Below are positions 40,184-52,350 of a stretch of 64,000 nt of DNA, piece by piece. Made by a program: the position numbers and the translations under genes. How positions within the stretch are numbered: position 1 is the first letter of the stretch; the number at the start of each line of letters is the position of its first letter. The stretch comes from Gammaproteobacteria bacterium. GTDB lineage: Bacteria > Pseudomonadota > Gammaproteobacteria > Arenicellales > Poriferihabitantaceae. The notes below the pieces were generated by a model that saw only the letters and a program-made list of their open reading frames with translations, was not told the origin of the DNA and did not search any database. The stretch is taken from positions 25,875-89,874 of the forward strand of contig JBLIOD010000003.1 of assembly GCA_047639475.1 (NCBI GenBank), read 5' to 3'.

Positions 40184-42487
40184 ATGCCATTTATTAAATT
40201 GAAATCGCGAACAATATTGAGACTATTCGTCGTGCGAGCAAACATCACAGGTAATGATTACAAAAGCAAAGCTAAACAGACATGGCTAGCCGTCGTGCTG
40301 ATGGCCATGTTATCGCCCTTCTTAGTCAGTAATGTAAGTGCCAGTGATTTATTATCCATTGAAGCTAATCAATTGACAGATGGAAACTCTGCAATCGATC
40401 TAATGCTGAGCGAAAAGCATGTAGAGGTCCAACATTTCCTAATGGCTCAGCCCAATAGAGTGATAGTGGATTTACAGGGCGTGCAAAATCAAACCCGACA
40501 AAGAATTATTAAAGTCAACCAGGGTATAGTCGAAAGCGTTTTATTATTGGAGAGTAAGGACAAGCTTAGATTAATACTGAACCTTTCAAAAGCGGCGGCC
40601 TTCAAAGTTGACGACTTGACGGGCGGTATGAGGTTAGTGGTAGATGGTTCCAAAAACACGGGGCCAGTTGTTAATCAGTTAGCGCAAAAGGTTTTTGGAG
40701 CTGGTAGCAAAGCAAAAGGATACACTAAACTCAACAACATTGATTTTAGACGTACCGTTGCGGGTAACGGTAAAGTCATTGTTTCCTTGAGTTCTTCTAA
40801 TGTAGTGGTAGATTTTAAAGAAGAATCGGGTGAATTAGTTGCTGACTTTAAACGCAGTTTAGTTACCAAAGTGCAGGAAAAAAGATTAGACGTTGTCGAC
40901 TTTGCAACGCCGGTAAACACCATCGACATTTTTCAAAATGGGCAAGATGTACGTATGGTGATTACACCAAACGGCCTATATCGACACACAGTGACTCAAA
41001 CGGATAAAGAGTTTATCGTTGAAGTCAGCCCTATTAGTCAGGAAGAAATTGGAGCACGAGAAAAGGCTAAAGCGGGTTATGGCGGAGAAAAGTTATCACT
41101 TAACTTTCAGCGTATTCCCGTTCGATCGGCGCTTCAGGTTATTGCAGACTTTACCGGTTTGAACATCATTACTTCAGACTCGGTGGATGGAGATTTATCG
41201 CTACGTTTGAATGAGGTACCCTGGGATCAAGCACTGGACTTAATCCTGCAAACTAAAAAATTGAGCATGCGCCAGAAGGGCAATGTCGTTCGAGTTGTGC
41301 CCACGGCGGAATTAGCTGCACAAGAGCTGTCGTTATTCGAATCGCAGAAAAAAGTCAAAGACTTAGAGCCATTGGTGACTGAGCTGATTTCAGTTAACTA
41401 TGCGAAGGCTGAAGACATCGCAGAATTGCTTAAATCAACTAAGTCAGTTAAAAGTTCTGATACCGAAGAGTCTGAAGTACGAAGTGGCACTGACTCAAAC
41501 GTTTTTGACCCAGATACAGGCACATTTGGTTCTGGTTCTGAACCAACTACTGTGACTCGTAATAATGTCGTAGCCGTAGATAACTCGCTTATTTCGGCAA
41601 GAGGTTCGGTATCTGTTGATGCTAGGACCAACACCATTTTGATTCAAGACACTGTGTCTAAGATTAAAGAAGTGCGAAAACTGGTTGCTAAGTTAGATGT
41701 TCCCGTCCGACAAATTCAAATTGAAACTCGTATCGTGGAAGCAACCGATGATTTTAGTCGTAGTTTAGGTGCACGCCTAGGTTTTACTAGCGCCACTGAC
41801 AATGCGAATTTCCCCGGTACTTCCAGAAGCCGCTCACTGGGTACGGTTTTCGGCGGAGGAAGTGTAGAAAACAATAACTCAGTAAGAACTGATAATACCG
41901 TACTCTACCCAGATTCACTTAGTGTGAACTTGGGAGCTGACGACCTAGGTTCTGAATCGGCTGCTCGATACGCCTTCCAAATAGCCAAAGTAGGTGCGGG
42001 TTACTTACATCTGCTAGACTTGGAGTTGTCAGCGTTACAAGCGGAAGGCAAGGGCAAAGTCATTGCGAATCCCAAAATAACGACTACCGAAAAACACGAA
42101 GCGCGGATAGAGCAAGGCCAAGAACGTGTGTTTGGTACCTCCGGTGGCGAGCCAGTCACCAAAAAGGCCGTCTTAGGATTAACCGTTACGCCGCAAGTGA
42201 CACCGGACGATGAAATTATTTTGGATGTAAATATCACTAACGATACTTTTTCGGGAGACGCAACGCTTAACACTAAGCGGATTGTTACACAAACCATATT
42301 GAAGAATGGTGAGACCATAGTGATTGGTGGCATCTACCAACAAACCGAAGCAGAGTCGGTGACTAAGACACCATTCTTGGGCGATATTCCAATCTTAGGG
42401 CATCTGTTTAAAAAGAAGACCAAGCGAGAAAATCGTACTGAGTTGTTGATTTTCTTAACACCAAGACTGATCAAACCTGAATTCTAG
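40184..42487 (+). CDS. pilQ: Type IV pilus secretin PilQ
   Basis: 767 aa with AMIN-like N-terminal repeats and a secretin C-terminus (TKTPFLGDIPILGHLFKKKTKRENRTELLIFLTPRLI). The exact start is uncertain; the signal peptide is near WLAVVLMAMLSPFLVSNVSA. Confidence 0.92.
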   Translation: MPFIKLKSRTILRLFVVRANITGNDYKSKAKQTWLAVVLMAMLSPFLVSNVSASDLLSIEANQLTDGNSAIDLMLSEKHVEVQHFLMAQPNRVIVDLQGVQNQTRQRIIKVNQGIVESVLLLESKDKLRLILNLSKAAAFKVDDLTGGMRLVVDGSKNTGPVVNQLAQKVFGAGSKAKGYTKLNNIDFRRTVAGNGKVIVSLSSSNVVVDFKEESGELVADFKRSLVTKVQEKRLDVVDFATPVNTIDIFQNGQDVRMVITPNGLYRHTVTQTDKEFIVEVSPISQEEIGAREKAKAGYGGEKLSLNFQRIPVRSALQVIADFTGLNIITSDSVDGDLSLRLNEVPWDQALDLILQTKKLSMRQKGNVVRVVPTAELAAQELSLFESQKKVKDLEPLVTELISVNYAKAEDIAELLKSTKSVKSSDTEESEVRSGTDSNVFDPDTGTFGSGSEPTTVTRNNVVAVDNSLISARGSVSVDARTNTILIQDTVSKIKEVRKLVAKLDVPVRQIQIETRIVEATDDFSRSLGARLGFTSATDNANFPGTSRSRSLGTVFGGGSVENNNSVRTDNTVLYPDSLSVNLGADDLGSESAARYAFQIAKVGAGYLHLLDLELSALQAEGKGKVIANPKITTTEKHEARIEQGQERVFGTSGGEPVTKKAVLGLTVTPQVTPDDEIILDVNITNDTFSGDATLNTKRIVTQTILKNGETIVIGGIYQQTEAESVTKTPFLGDIPILGHLFKKKTKRENRTELLIFLTPRLIKPEF

Positions 42488-42587
42488 GATACCAATGCTC
42501 GGGGTGAAGCTAACTAAAAGGTGATCGCTTCATTAGAGTTTGGTGTAGCTTATTGTATTGTTCTAAACTAGCACCAATATTGTCGGT

Positions 42588-43106
42588 ATGAGTAATATCT
42601 ATTTGGTGGGCATGATGGGGGTCGGAAAGACCACAATAGGAAAAAAGCTGGCAAAGCTTTTATCCCTGCCTTTTATTGATACCGATCAAGAACTAGAAAA
42701 GCGCAATGGCGTAACAGTTGCACATATTTTTGATATAGAGGGAGAAGATGGTTTTCGTTCTCGTGAAACGCGTTTGCTAGAAGAACTATCCGAAGGATTT
42801 TCTGGAGTAGTGGCGACTGGCGGTGGTATCGTTACACAAAGCGCTAATAACGAAATTCTTGAATCTTCGGGTTCAGTTGTTTATCTAAAAGCCAATCTCG
42901 GCACTTTGTGGTCAAGGCTCCGATACTGCAATAATCGGCCTCTATTGAAAACAGCTAACCCCAAACAGCGGATTGCTGAATTGCTCAAAGTGCGAGACCC
43001 TCTTTATCAAGCTATTGCTCATCAGGTTGTCACGGTAGGGAAAGGCAGCGCTTTTCAAATGGCCAAACGTATCCACTCCTCAATTAATGAAAACACTAAA
43101 AATTGA
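42588..43106 (+). CDS. aroK: Shikimate kinase
   Basis: 172 aa with P-loop GMMGVGKTTIGK. Confidence 0.95.
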   Translation: MSNIYLVGMMGVGKTTIGKKLAKLLSLPFIDTDQELEKRNGVTVAHIFDIEGEDGFRSRETRLLEELSEGFSGVVATGGGIVTQSANNEILESSGSVVYLKANLGTLWSRLRYCNNRPLLKTANPKQRIAELLKVRDPLYQAIAHQVVTVGKGSAFQMAKRIHSSINENTKN

Positions 43107-44169
43107 ATTAGGCGCTAGAAGCTATCCCATTCACATAGGTCAAGGTGGATTGAGCGACGTCAGTCTTTACGCTCCTCATATTTCCGGTCACCAGATATTC
43201 ATTATTACTAATGAAGTAGTTGCACCTTTGTATTTAGAGCAAGTGAAGTCGACATTGGCTTCTTTGGGCGAGGTTTTTACGCTGATTTTGCCAGATGGTG
43301 AGCACACAAAAAATTTAGACAGTGCTTCTTTGATATTCACGGAAATGCTGCAAGTTCCCTGTGACCGCAAGGTCACTGTGATTGCATTAGGAGGGGGCGT
43401 GATCGGTGATCTCAGTGGATTTAGTGCAGCTTGTTATCAGCGCGGCGTTGCTTTTATTCAGGTTCCGACAACTTTGATGTCACAGGTTGATTCATCGGTG
43501 GGCGGAAAAACAGGGGTGAATCATCCGCTAGGGAAAAATATGGTAGGCGCGTTTTATCAGCCACAAGCGGTGATTATTGATACCGATACGTTGAAAACAC
43601 TCGATGATCGCCAATTTTCCGCGGGACTGGCTGAAGTGATTAAATACGGTCTGTTAGGTGATGCTCCATTTCTGCAACGTTTAGAAGAAAAAATGCCTGA
43701 AATCATGTTACGCGAGACTGACCTGATAACAGAAATAATAGAGCGGTCTTGCCAAGCAAAAGCCGATATCGTTGCTGCTGACGAAAGAGAACAGGGTGTA
43801 AGGGCTTTACTGAATTTGGGTCATACCTTTGGCCACGCTATTGAAAATGCCTTGGGCTACGGAGTGTGGCTGCACGGGGAGGCAGTGGCATTAGGGATGC
43901 TAATGGCAGCGGATCTCTCACGTCGTATGGGCAGCATTGACCAGGGAAATCAATTAAGAGTCAAAGCGATACTTGAATCCGCAAATTTGCCGGTTAATGG
44001 GGTAGGTGGCGTTAATTCCCAACAGTTGTTTGAGTTGATGGCGGTCGATAAAAAAGCAGAGAAGGGGAAGGTAAGATTCATCCTATATCAAGAGCTCGGA
44101 AAAGCGATTATTAGCGATGAAGTAGATCATGTACAGCTAATGGAAACACTGGATGCTTTCGTCCTGTAA
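43087..44169 (+). CDS. aroB: 3-dehydroquinate synthase
   Basis: 360 aa. Motifs GGGVIGDLSGF and LNLGHTFGHAIE. Confidence 0.95.
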   Translation: MKTLKIELGARSYPIHIGQGGLSDVSLYAPHISGHQIFIITNEVVAPLYLEQVKSTLASLGEVFTLILPDGEHTKNLDSASLIFTEMLQVPCDRKVTVIALGGGVIGDLSGFSAACYQRGVAFIQVPTTLMSQVDSSVGGKTGVNHPLGKNMVGAFYQPQAVIIDTDTLKTLDDRQFSAGLAEVIKYGLLGDAPFLQRLEEKMPEIMLRETDLITEIIERSCQAKADIVAADEREQGVRALLNLGHTFGHAIENALGYGVWLHGEAVALGMLMAADLSRRMGSIDQGNQLRVKAILESANLPVNGVGGVNSQQLFELMAVDKKAEKGKVRFILYQELGKAIISDEVDHVQLMETLDAFVL

Positions 44170-44253
44170 AGCAGGGTTTATCTATTGTTCACGGCTTTTA
44201 TTAATTGAATGTTGATGGTAATTTCGGTATCTTCAGGGCTGTATTGAAAGATC

Positions 44254-44601
44254 ATGATCAGAGAGCCATATATGGGCATTAGCCACCTTAAAAAAATATT
44301 GATTGCAACTAGCTTGTTGCTGATTACTAGTTGCGCTCACCATGGAGCAGCTTATATTCAGTCTGTACCTAGTGGCGCTGAAGTAGTAGACCTTACTCAA
44401 GGCACGCTGATCGGTGTTACACCTGTTAAAGTTTGGTGGCAAGAAGGTTCGTCTTCACGTAAGTTTATAAATCTTCGGTTACAAAAAGAAGGCTATGAAG
44501 ATAAAACTACCTCGTTTTGGGTTGCTTTACGTCATGGCAGTCGAGATTCTGCGATGCGAAATGCGCAGCCAGTAGAAATGAATTTGGATAAAGTGAACTA
44601 G
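44254..44601 (+). CDS. PEGA-domain lipoprotein
   Basis: Lipobox LLLITSC, then SVPSGAEVV...GVTPV...KEGYED (PEGA-like). An alternative start at ATG 44272 is possible. Confidence 0.7.
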   Translation: MIREPYMGISHLKKILIATSLLLITSCAHHGAAYIQSVPSGAEVVDLTQGTLIGVTPVKVWWQEGSSSRKFINLRLQKEGYEDKTTSFWVALRHGSRDSAMRNAQPVEMNLDKVN

Positions 44602-44677
44602 TGCGAACAACAAAAAGATGTCAGTTAAAACGAATTGTCAGATACAGTTATGAGAATAAGTAAGTTTCACCAATGCT

Positions 44678-45034
44678 ATGAAAAATATTAGAGTACTTTT
44701 TATCATTTTTATTGCGGGATTTTTAACGGCTTGTAGTGGCGTAAAAACGGTCCCCATTAAAGTGCAATCTAGCCCATTGGGTTCTTACGTCACGTATCAA
44801 ATGCAAGTACCTACTGAAGGTAGCAATGACTGGCTATTTTTGGGTAAAACACCGATTGATATTAAGCGCCGTGTTTCTAAAAAACAGTATAAGAAAGCCA
44901 GTCTTATTCGTCTTAGGGTGATGAAAGAGGGTTACAGTGAACAAATTCGTGACTGGACTCGAGAAGAAATTGAAGAAGATATTGATAGCAAAGGGTCTGT
45001 TTTCTGGAACCCAAAGCTGGTGCCCAGTCAGTAA
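44678..45034 (+). CDS. PEGA-domain lipoprotein (paralog of the preceding gene)
   Basis: Lipobox GFLTAC, then SSPLGSYV...GKTPI...KEGYSEQ. Confidence 0.7.
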   Translation: MKNIRVLFIIFIAGFLTACSGVKTVPIKVQSSPLGSYVTYQMQVPTEGSNDWLFLGKTPIDIKRRVSKKQYKKASLIRLRVMKEGYSEQIRDWTREEIEEDIDSKGSVFWNPKLVPSQ

Positions 45035-45056
45035 CGCGGCCCCCAAAAACTTATTG

Positions 45057-45082
45057 AAGGCCGTCTAAGGACGGCCTTTTTT
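45057..45082 (+). terminator. Rho-independent terminator
   Basis: aaggccgtc (45057-45065) pairs with gacggcctt (45070-45078) across loop taag, followed by TTTT. Confidence 0.8.
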
Positions 45083-45183
45083 ATCGTAGATTAATAATGC
45101 TCTTGATGCGCTGCGCATTAAGTGTAGAGCCAAAACATAGTACGTGAAATTTATTCACGGTTATAGAGAATAGAGAGGTCATC

Positions 45184-48100
45184 ATGAGTCAATACGGTCT
45201 ACCGTTAAAACAAGGTCTTTACGACCCAGCTAATGAACATGATGCTTGTGGTGTTGGCTTTGTAGCCAATATTAAAGGCAATAAAACCCATGACATCGTC
45301 AGCATGGGTTTGGACATTTTGAAACGTATAGAGCACCGTGGTGCGGTTGGAGCTGATCCAAAGGCGGGAGATGGCGCGGGTATCTTGATTCAACTGCCCG
45401 ATGCCTTTCTACGAAAGGAAGTAAAATTTACTTTACCAAAACTGGGCGAGTACGCGGTTGGGTTTGTGTTTCTACCGAAAGCACAGCAAGAACAGTCTTT
45501 GGCTGAACAACTCATCGAGCAGGTCATTAAGGAAGAAGGCCAAACCGTGCTGGGTTGGCGCACTGTTCCGGTAGAAAACAGCGGTTTGGGTGAATCAGTG
45601 AAGCCGACGGAACCCTGCATAAAGCAACTATTCGTCGGAAGGGCGACTGAGTGTGACGGACAAGAAGCGTTTGAGCGGAAGATATTTGTTATTCGTAAGT
45701 TACTCGAAAACCAACTGATACGGGCTAATTGGTCGGGTAGTGACCAAGTTTATTTCACATCATTTTCATCGCGAACGGTTAACTACAAAGGCTTGTTAAT
45801 GGCAGACCAAGTGGGTGAATATTACGTGGATTTATTGGACCCCACGGTCGTATCTGCCATGGCGTTAGTTCACCAACGCTTTTCTACCAACACATTTCCT
45901 ACTTGGCAGTTATCACATCCTTACCGAATGATTGCCCACAACGGTGAAATTAACACGGTTCGAGGCAATAAAAACTGGATGGCAGCGCGTCGCCACTCTA
46001 TGGCGAGTGATCTTTTTGGTGACGACCTGGAAAAAATATGGCCGTTAATTGACGATAGCCAATCAGACTCAGCCTGTTTCGATAACACGCTAGAACTATT
46101 AACCTTGTCGGGGTATTCGCTGACTCACGCGATGATGATGCTAATTCCAGAAGCTTGGGCAGGCAATCCTTTGATGGATAAAGACTTGCGAGCATTTTAT
46201 GAGTATCACGCTGCACTGATGGAGCCATGGGATGGTCCTGCTGCGGTTGCATTTACTGATGGTCGACAAATCGGTGCTACTCTCGATCGTAATGGCTTGC
46301 GTCCAGCTCGTTATATTCTTACTGACGACGACTTGTGTGTGATGGCATCAGAAACAGGCGTTTTAGATATTCCGGAAGAAAAGATTATAAAGAAATGGCG
46401 TTTACAACCGGGAAAGATGTTTCTGATCGATCTAGAGCAAGGTCGCATTGTAGATGATAGTGAACTGAAGTCTGATTTGGCCGAGTCTCAACCATTTCAG
46501 GACTGGTTAGACCAAGCGCAAATGAATGTGCATGAGTTACCTTCAGTCGTCGGCGCAATGGCGCCGGACAAGAAAACGCTGCTCAACACGCAGCAAGCGT
46601 TTGGTTATACGCAGGAAGACATCAAATTCTTATTGCGGCCGATGCTTGAAACCGGTGCTGAAGCAACGGGTTCTATGGGCACTGATGTGCCACCTTCGGT
46701 ATTGTCATCAAAATCAAAACACCTATCGACTTACTTCAAGCAGAACTTTGCACAGGTAACGAATCCACCAATCGACCCAATACGGGAAGACGTAGTGATG
46801 TCTTTGGTTTCACTGATCGGGCCACGCCCGAACTTGCTAGACCGTGACTCAGGTGGGAAATCAATGCGTTTAGAAGTCAGTCAACCGGTATTAACTAACA
46901 GCGAACTCGAAGCTATTCGTAAAATAGAAGATCGTACGGATGCGTTCTTAACGCGAACCATTGATATATGTTATGCGGAAGATAAAGGTGCCGCTGGGAT
47001 GAAGCCCGCGCTGGGTGCTATCTGTCGCAAGGCCGAATCATTGGTGCTGAAAGGCAATAATATTCTGATTCTTTCTGATCGCTGGTTAGACGTAGATCAC
47101 ATCGCTATTCCGGCCTTATTGGCAACGGCAGCAGTGCATCACCATTTGATTCGTAAGGGTTTGCGTACGCAAACCGGCTTGGTGGTAGAAACAGGCTCAG
47201 CGCTTGAGGTGCATCATTTTGCCACATTGGCAGGTTATGGCGCAGAAGCCATTAACCCCTATCTAGCGTTAGATACGCTACATGCTGAATTGGGCAACTT
47301 AAACCAAGAACTCAGCTTTGAAGACGCGCGTGATCGCTACATCAAAGCCTTGGGAAAAGGCATGAAGAAAGTGATGTCGAAGATGGGTATCTCGACATAT
47401 CAATCCTATTGCGGCGCACAAATATTCGATGCTATTGGTTTATCTAGTGAGTTCGTAGCCAAATACTTTACCGGTACGTCGACGACTATCGAAGGTGCTG
47501 GACTTGAAGAAATTGCAGAAGAAACTTTCCGCTGGCATCAAAATGCTTACGGCCATAACCCTGTCTATAGCAAACACTTAGACGTGGGTGGTGACTACGC
47601 AATGCGTTTACGCGGAGAACAACACGCATGGACATCTGAATCAGTTTCGGCGCTACAACATGCGGTACGCGGTAACGACTGGGCAAGTTTTAAGGCATTC
47701 TCAAAGCAAATGAATGAACAGCAAGAACGCATGCTGAATTTGCGCGGTTTGTTCAAGTTTAACTATGCTCCGACAGCGATTCCCATCGACGAGGTGGAAT
47801 CAGCAAAAGATATCGTTAAACGATTTTCTACGGGCGCAATGTCTTTTGGTTCTATCTCCTACGAGGCGCATTCTACTTTGGCCGTGGCGATGAACCAAAT
47901 CGGTGGTCGCTCAAACACTGGCGAAGGCGGTGAAGAAGCGATGCGTTTCAATCCATTAGCGGACGGCTCGCCAAACCCAGAGCGCTCTGCTATTAAGCAG
48001 GTTGCATCAGGTCGTTTTGGCGTAACCACTGAGTATTTGGTGAACGCTGACGATATTCAAATTAAAATGGCGCAGGGCGCAAAGCCGGGTGAGGGTGGAC

Positions 48101-49782
48101 AATTGCCAGGGCATAAGGTGGATCAACGTATCGCCAATGTGAGGCACTCGACGCCGGGTGTGGGGTTGATTTCCCCGCCTCCGCACCATGACATTTACTC
48201 GATTGAAGATTTAGCGCAGCTAATACATGACTTAAAGAACGTTAACCCAAAGGCACGTATCTCGGTTAAGTTGGTGTCAGAAGTCGGTGTCGGCACGGTG
48301 GCGGCCGGTGTGTCAAAGGCGCACGCGGATCATATTACTATCGCAGGCTATGATGGCGGCACAGGTGCCAGTCCACTGACCTCGATTAAGCATGCGGGTT
48401 CTCCTTGGGAGATTGGCTTGTCTGAAACGCATCAAACCTTGGTGCTAAATAATTTGCGTAGCCGCATTTCGGTGCAAGTTGACGGCGGTTTAAGAACGGG
48501 CCGCGATGTGGTTATTGGCGCTCTATTGGGCGCAGATGAATTTGGCTTCGCTACCGCTCCCTTGATTGCTGAAGGCTGCATTATGATGCGCAAATGTCAT
48601 TTAAATACCTGCCCAGTGGGTGTGGCAACGCAAGACCCTGAATTGCGTAAGCGTTTTACAGGGCAGCCAGAACACGTAGTGAACTATTTCTTTTTCGTCG
48701 CGGAAGAAGTGCGAGAAATTATGGCCAAATTGGGCTATCGCACGATTGATGAAATGGTCGGTCAATTTCAATGTTTGGATTCGCGTAAGGCAATCAATCA
48801 CTGGAAAGCGCAAGGGCTGGACTTTGGTCGTTTACTAACCAAGCCTGATGTGGACGATTCCATCGGCATACGGCGTTTAATTGACCAAGATCATGGCCTA
48901 GATAAAGCCTTGGATCATGGGTTGATCAAGCAAGCCAAAGATGCGTTAGAAAATGGCGTGCCAGTACAAATTGAAACCAAAGTACATAACTATAACCGCA
49001 CTATGGGAGCGATGATCTCAGGTGAGGTTGCCAAGCGCTATGGCCATTCAGGTTTACCTGATGACACTATACATATTAAGGCGGAAGGCCGTGCTGGTCA
49101 GTCTTTAGCCGCGTGGCTAGCCCACGGCGTTACCATCGAACTAGAAGGTGAAGGTAATGATTACGTTGGTAAGGGTTTGTCAGGTGGTCGCATTATTATT
49201 TACCCAAATCACAAATGCGCAATTACCACCCCTGAAGAAAATATTATCGTTGGCAATACCGTGCTATATGGGGCGATTGCAGGCGAAGCTTACTTTAACG
49301 GCGTGGCAGGTGAACGATTCTGTGTCCGTAACTCAGGTGCTACCGCGGTAGTTGAAGGAGTGGGAGATCACGGCTGCGAATACATGACAGGTGGAATCAT
49401 GGTTTGCTTGGGCGAAACAGGTCGCAATTTTGCGGCGGGCATGTCAGGTGGCATGGCGTATGTTTTCGATCAATCGGGTCTGTTTAAGTCTCGTTGCAAT
49501 ACTGAGATGGTTGAACTTGAATCTATGGCTGACAAGAAATTTGAAGAGGCTGACGAAGACCAAGTGGCAGCAGACTTAACCCGTTTTGACGAAAATCGTC
49601 TAAAGCAAATTATTTTACGCCATAAAAACTACACCAATAGTCCGGCGGCTAAGCGTGTGCTCGACAATTGGGACGAGATGAAAGACAAGTTCATTAAAGT
49701 GATGCCGGTGGATTACAAACGTGCATTGCAAGAGCGGACGCAAGCCTCACAGTCTGCAACTTCAACGAAGGAGGCCGTGTAA
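45184..49782 (+). CDS. gltB: Glutamate synthase (NADPH) large subunit
   Basis: 1532 aa with an N-terminal Ntn Cys ([13 protein letters not shown]), an FMN/3Fe-4S central domain and a GXGXG C-terminal domain. Confidence 0.97.
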   Translation: MSQYGLPLKQGLYDPANEHDACGVGFVANIKGNKTHDIVSMGLDILKRIEHRGAVGADPKAGDGAGILIQLPDAFLRKEVKFTLPKLGEYAVGFVFLPKAQQEQSLAEQLIEQVIKEEGQTVLGWRTVPVENSGLGESVKPTEPCIKQLFVGRATECDGQEAFERKIFVIRKLLENQLIRANWSGSDQVYFTSFSSRTVNYKGLLMADQVGEYYVDLLDPTVVSAMALVHQRFSTNTFPTWQLSHPYRMIAHNGEINTVRGNKNWMAARRHSMASDLFGDDLEKIWPLIDDSQSDSACFDNTLELLTLSGYSLTHAMMMLIPEAWAGNPLMDKDLRAFYEYHAALMEPWDGPAAVAFTDGRQIGATLDRNGLRPARYILTDDDLCVMASETGVLDIPEEKIIKKWRLQPGKMFLIDLEQGRIVDDSELKSDLAESQPFQDWLDQAQMNVHELPSVVGAMAPDKKTLLNTQQAFGYTQEDIKFLLRPMLETGAEATGSMGTDVPPSVLSSKSKHLSTYFKQNFAQVTNPPIDPIREDVVMSLVSLIGPRPNLLDRDSGGKSMRLEVSQPVLTNSELEAIRKIEDRTDAFLTRTIDICYAEDKGAAGMKPALGAICRKAESLVLKGNNILILSDRWLDVDHIAIPALLATAAVHHHLIRKGLRTQTGLVVETGSALEVHHFATLAGYGAEAINPYLALDTLHAELGNLNQELSFEDARDRYIKALGKGMKKVMSKMGISTYQSYCGAQIFDAIGLSSEFVAKYFTGTSTTIEGAGLEEIAEETFRWHQNAYGHNPVYSKHLDVGGDYAMRLRGEQHAWTSESVSALQHAVRGNDWASFKAFSKQMNEQQERMLNLRGLFKFNYAPTAIPIDEVESAKDIVKRFSTGAMSFGSISYEAHSTLAVAMNQIGGRSNTGEGGEEAMRFNPLADGSPNPERSAIKQVASGRFGVTTEYLVNADDIQIKMAQGAKPGEGGQLPGHKVDQRIANVRHSTPGVGLISPPPHHDIYSIEDLAQLIHDLKNVNPKARISVKLVSEVGVGTVAAGVSKAHADHITIAGYDGGTGASPLTSIKHAGSPWEIGLSETHQTLVLNNLRSRISVQVDGGLRTGRDVVIGALLGADEFGFATAPLIAEGCIMMRKCHLNTCPVGVATQDPELRKRFTGQPEHVVNYFFFVAEEVREIMAKLGYRTIDEMVGQFQCLDSRKAINHWKAQGLDFGRLLTKPDVDDSIGIRRLIDQDHGLDKALDHGLIKQAKDALENGVPVQIETKVHNYNRTMGAMISGEVAKRYGHSGLPDDTIHIKAEGRAGQSLAAWLAHGVTIELEGEGNDYVGKGLSGGRIIIYPNHKCAITTPEENIIVGNTVLYGAIAGEAYFNGVAGERFCVRNSGATAVVEGVGDHGCEYMTGGIMVCLGETGRNFAAGMSGGMAYVFDQSGLFKSRCNTEMVELESMADKKFEEADEDQVAADLTRFDENRLKQIILRHKNYTNSPAAKRVLDNWDEMKDKFIKVMPVDYKRALQERTQASQSATSTKEAV

Positions 49783-51236
49783 TGGGCAAGCCAACAGGAT
49801 TTATCGAAACACCGCGCAAAGAACGAGGCTATAAGCCTGTTGAAGAACGCTTAAAGCACTTCAAAGAATTTGTGGTCAATTTGTCTGACGAGCAAGTCTC
49901 AGCGCAGGGTGCACGTTGTATGGACTGCGGTATTCCGTATTGTCATACAGGCTGTCCTGTTGATAACCAAATTCCTGATTGGAATGACTTGGTGTACACA
50001 GGACAATGGCGCGAAGCCTTGGATCAACTGCATTCAACAAATAATTTTCCCGAGTTTACTGGCCGAATTTGTCCCGCTCCCTGCGAACAGTCTTGTACCT
50101 TGAACATCACTAACGAACCAGTGACGATCAAAACCATTGAGCAAGCAATTATTGAAAAAGGCTGGAAAAATGACTGGGTAGAGCCGCGCATTGCTAAACA
50201 CCGCACCGGTAAGCGTGTGGCGATTATTGGTTCAGGCCCTTCTGGGCTGGCTTGTGCGCAACAGTTAGCGCGAGCAGGGCATCAGGTTGACGTATACGAG
50301 AAGCAAGCGCGTATCGGCGGCTTGTTGCGATATGGGATACCCGATTTTAAATTAGATAAAGCGGTCATCGATCGCCGTATGAGCCAAATGCGGCGAGAAG
50401 GCGTGCATTTCCATACCAATACCCACGTCGGCGTTGATTTACCCGTGTGGAAGTTATGGCGCAAATTTGACGCGATTGTATTAGCAGGGGGAGCTGAAAA
50501 GGCCCGTGACTTGCCGATACTCGGTCGTGAATTAAATGGGGTGCACTTTGCAATGGATTTTCTGCGTCGTAACACCGCTTGGGTGCAGGGTGATGATAAT
50601 GCGGAGGCGGAAGTTATCTCTGCTGAAGGCAAACACGTTTTAGTGATTGGCGGTGGTGACACGGGCTCTGATTGTATCGGTACATCAGGGCGCCATGGCG
50701 CGGCCAGTATTACGCAGATTGAGATTATGCCGCAGCCACCTGAACAGGAAGACAAAGGGTTGGTGTGGCCTGATTGGCCCAATAAAATGCGCACGTCGTC
50801 ATCGCAAGAAGAAGGCTGTGAACGTATGTGGAGCGTGTTAACCAAACGTTTCGTTGGTGATGATAACGGCAACTTAACGCATGTAGAGTGTGTGAAGGTG
50901 CAGTGGCAACAAGACGACAAAGGTCAATGGCAGATGTCTGAAGTGGCTGGTAGTGAGTTTGAAATAAAAGCTGACCTGGTTACACTGGCAATGGGCTTTG
51001 TTCATCCAGTGCAACACGGCATGCTAAAAGAAATGGATGTTAACTTTGACGCCCGCGGCAATGTTGCTGCTAACACTGAGGGTGAGTTGGCCTACCATTC
51101 TTCGGTAGAAGGTGTGTTTGCCACCGGCGATACGCGCCGCGGTCAATCACTGGTGGTATGGGCCATTCGTGAAGGTCGACAAGCGGCCAGATCTGTTGAT
51201 GTTTACCTAATGGGCGATAGCCAATTACCCCGATAA
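49782..51236 (+). CDS. gltD: Glutamate synthase (NADPH) small subunit
   Basis: 484 aa. Cys clusters ([19 protein letters not shown]) and an NAD(P)/FAD fold ([22 protein letters not shown]). Confidence 0.96.
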   Translation: MGKPTGFIETPRKERGYKPVEERLKHFKEFVVNLSDEQVSAQGARCMDCGIPYCHTGCPVDNQIPDWNDLVYTGQWREALDQLHSTNNFPEFTGRICPAPCEQSCTLNITNEPVTIKTIEQAIIEKGWKNDWVEPRIAKHRTGKRVAIIGSGPSGLACAQQLARAGHQVDVYEKQARIGGLLRYGIPDFKLDKAVIDRRMSQMRREGVHFHTNTHVGVDLPVWKLWRKFDAIVLAGGAEKARDLPILGRELNGVHFAMDFLRRNTAWVQGDDNAEAEVISAEGKHVLVIGGGDTGSDCIGTSGRHGAASITQIEIMPQPPEQEDKGLVWPDWPNKMRTSSSQEEGCERMWSVLTKRFVGDDNGNLTHVECVKVQWQQDDKGQWQMSEVAGSEFEIKADLVTLAMGFVHPVQHGMLKEMDVNFDARGNVAANTEGELAYHSSVEGVFATGDTRRGQSLVVWAIREGRQAARSVDVYLMGDSQLPR

Positions 51237-51254
51237 TTAGTAAAGAAAAACTTC

Positions 51255-52331
51255 ATGACCTTAAAAAATGATCGGTTCTTAAAAGCGCTGGCTTGTGAGC
51301 CAGTAGACTGCACGCCCGTTTGGATGATGCGTCAAGCAGGGCGCTATTTGCCAGAATATAGAGCCACTCGTGAACGGACGGGCGATTTCCTTACTTTATG
51401 TAAAACGCCAGAGCTGGCTTGTGAAGTAACGCTGCAGCCCTTGGAGCGTTTTGAGTTAGATGCGGCCATTTTATTTTCAGACATCTTAACGATTCCCGAC
51501 GCGATGGGTTTAGGTTTGTCTTTGAACGAAGGCGTAGGTCCCGTTTTCTCTGATCCTATTCGCACGACTGCGCAGATAGATCAACTCGCTGAGCTGGATG
51601 TTGAGAACGAGCTGACCTATGTATTTGACGCGGTTAAGCTTATTCGTCAAGAATTGGATGGCAGGGTGCCATTGATTGGCTTTACTGGTAGCCCTTGGAC
51701 CTTAATGACCTATATGGTTGAAGGCGGCGGCAGCAAAGATTTTAAATACGCCAAGGGCATGATATTTAATGAAAATATAGCTGCCAACACCTTGCTTCAA
51801 AAGGTAACCAACGCGGTCATTACTTACTTAAAAGCGCAGGTAAAGGCTGGAGCACAGACCTTGATGATTTTCGATACATGGGGCGGGTTGCTGTCTACAA
51901 AAAGTTATCATGAGTTCTCATTGCAGTATATGCAACAAATCGTGCAAGCATTGAAAAGCGACCCACTAACCAAGCATGTGCCCGTGGTGTTATTCACCAA
52001 AGGCGGCGGTCAATGGTTAGAAGCCATGGCGGCAATAGGCTGTGATGCCTTGGGCCTAGATTGGACAACCTCAATGGGGCAGGCTCGCACGCGTTTAGGC
52101 GACAAGATGGCGCTGCAGGGCAATATGGACCCAACGGTGTTATACGCCGGACCTGATACGGTACGCAGCGAAGTACGGCACGTACTCGATGATTTTGGCC
52201 AAGGTGTAGGTAACGGTAATGGACACATTTTTAATTTGGGTCACGGCATTCACCCAGGTATTGACCCCGAAAATGTGAAGGCCATGGTAGATGAAGTGCA
52301 TGAGTACTCAGCGCGAACGCTGGTCAGCTAG
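51255..52331 (+). CDS. hemE: Uroporphyrinogen decarboxylase
   Basis: 358 aa with motif [16 protein letters not shown]. Confidence 0.96.
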   Translation: MTLKNDRFLKALACEPVDCTPVWMMRQAGRYLPEYRATRERTGDFLTLCKTPELACEVTLQPLERFELDAAILFSDILTIPDAMGLGLSLNEGVGPVFSDPIRTTAQIDQLAELDVENELTYVFDAVKLIRQELDGRVPLIGFTGSPWTLMTYMVEGGGSKDFKYAKGMIFNENIAANTLLQKVTNAVITYLKAQVKAGAQTLMIFDTWGGLLSTKSYHEFSLQYMQQIVQALKSDPLTKHVPVVLFTKGGGQWLEAMAAIGCDALGLDWTTSMGQARTRLGDKMALQGNMDPTVLYAGPDTVRSEVRHVLDDFGQGVGNGNGHIFNLGHGIHPGIDPENVKAMVDEVHEYSARTLVS

Positions 52332-52350
52332 AACCTAGGCGTTAGTCAAA

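Noticed and set aside
45143-45159. Inverted repeat CGTGAA-ATTTA-TTCACG 24 nt upstream of gltB (CRP-like half-sites)
   Set aside because: The arms are only 6 bp. The spacing is one nt off the TGTGA-N6-TCACA consensus. Such repeats are expected by chance in AT-rich leaders.
50282-50920. 212-aa minus-strand ORF antisense to gltD
   Set aside because: It is the longest shadow ORF in the window, but it is Ser/Cys/Pro-rich with no family signature. gltD on the opposite strand is unambiguous.
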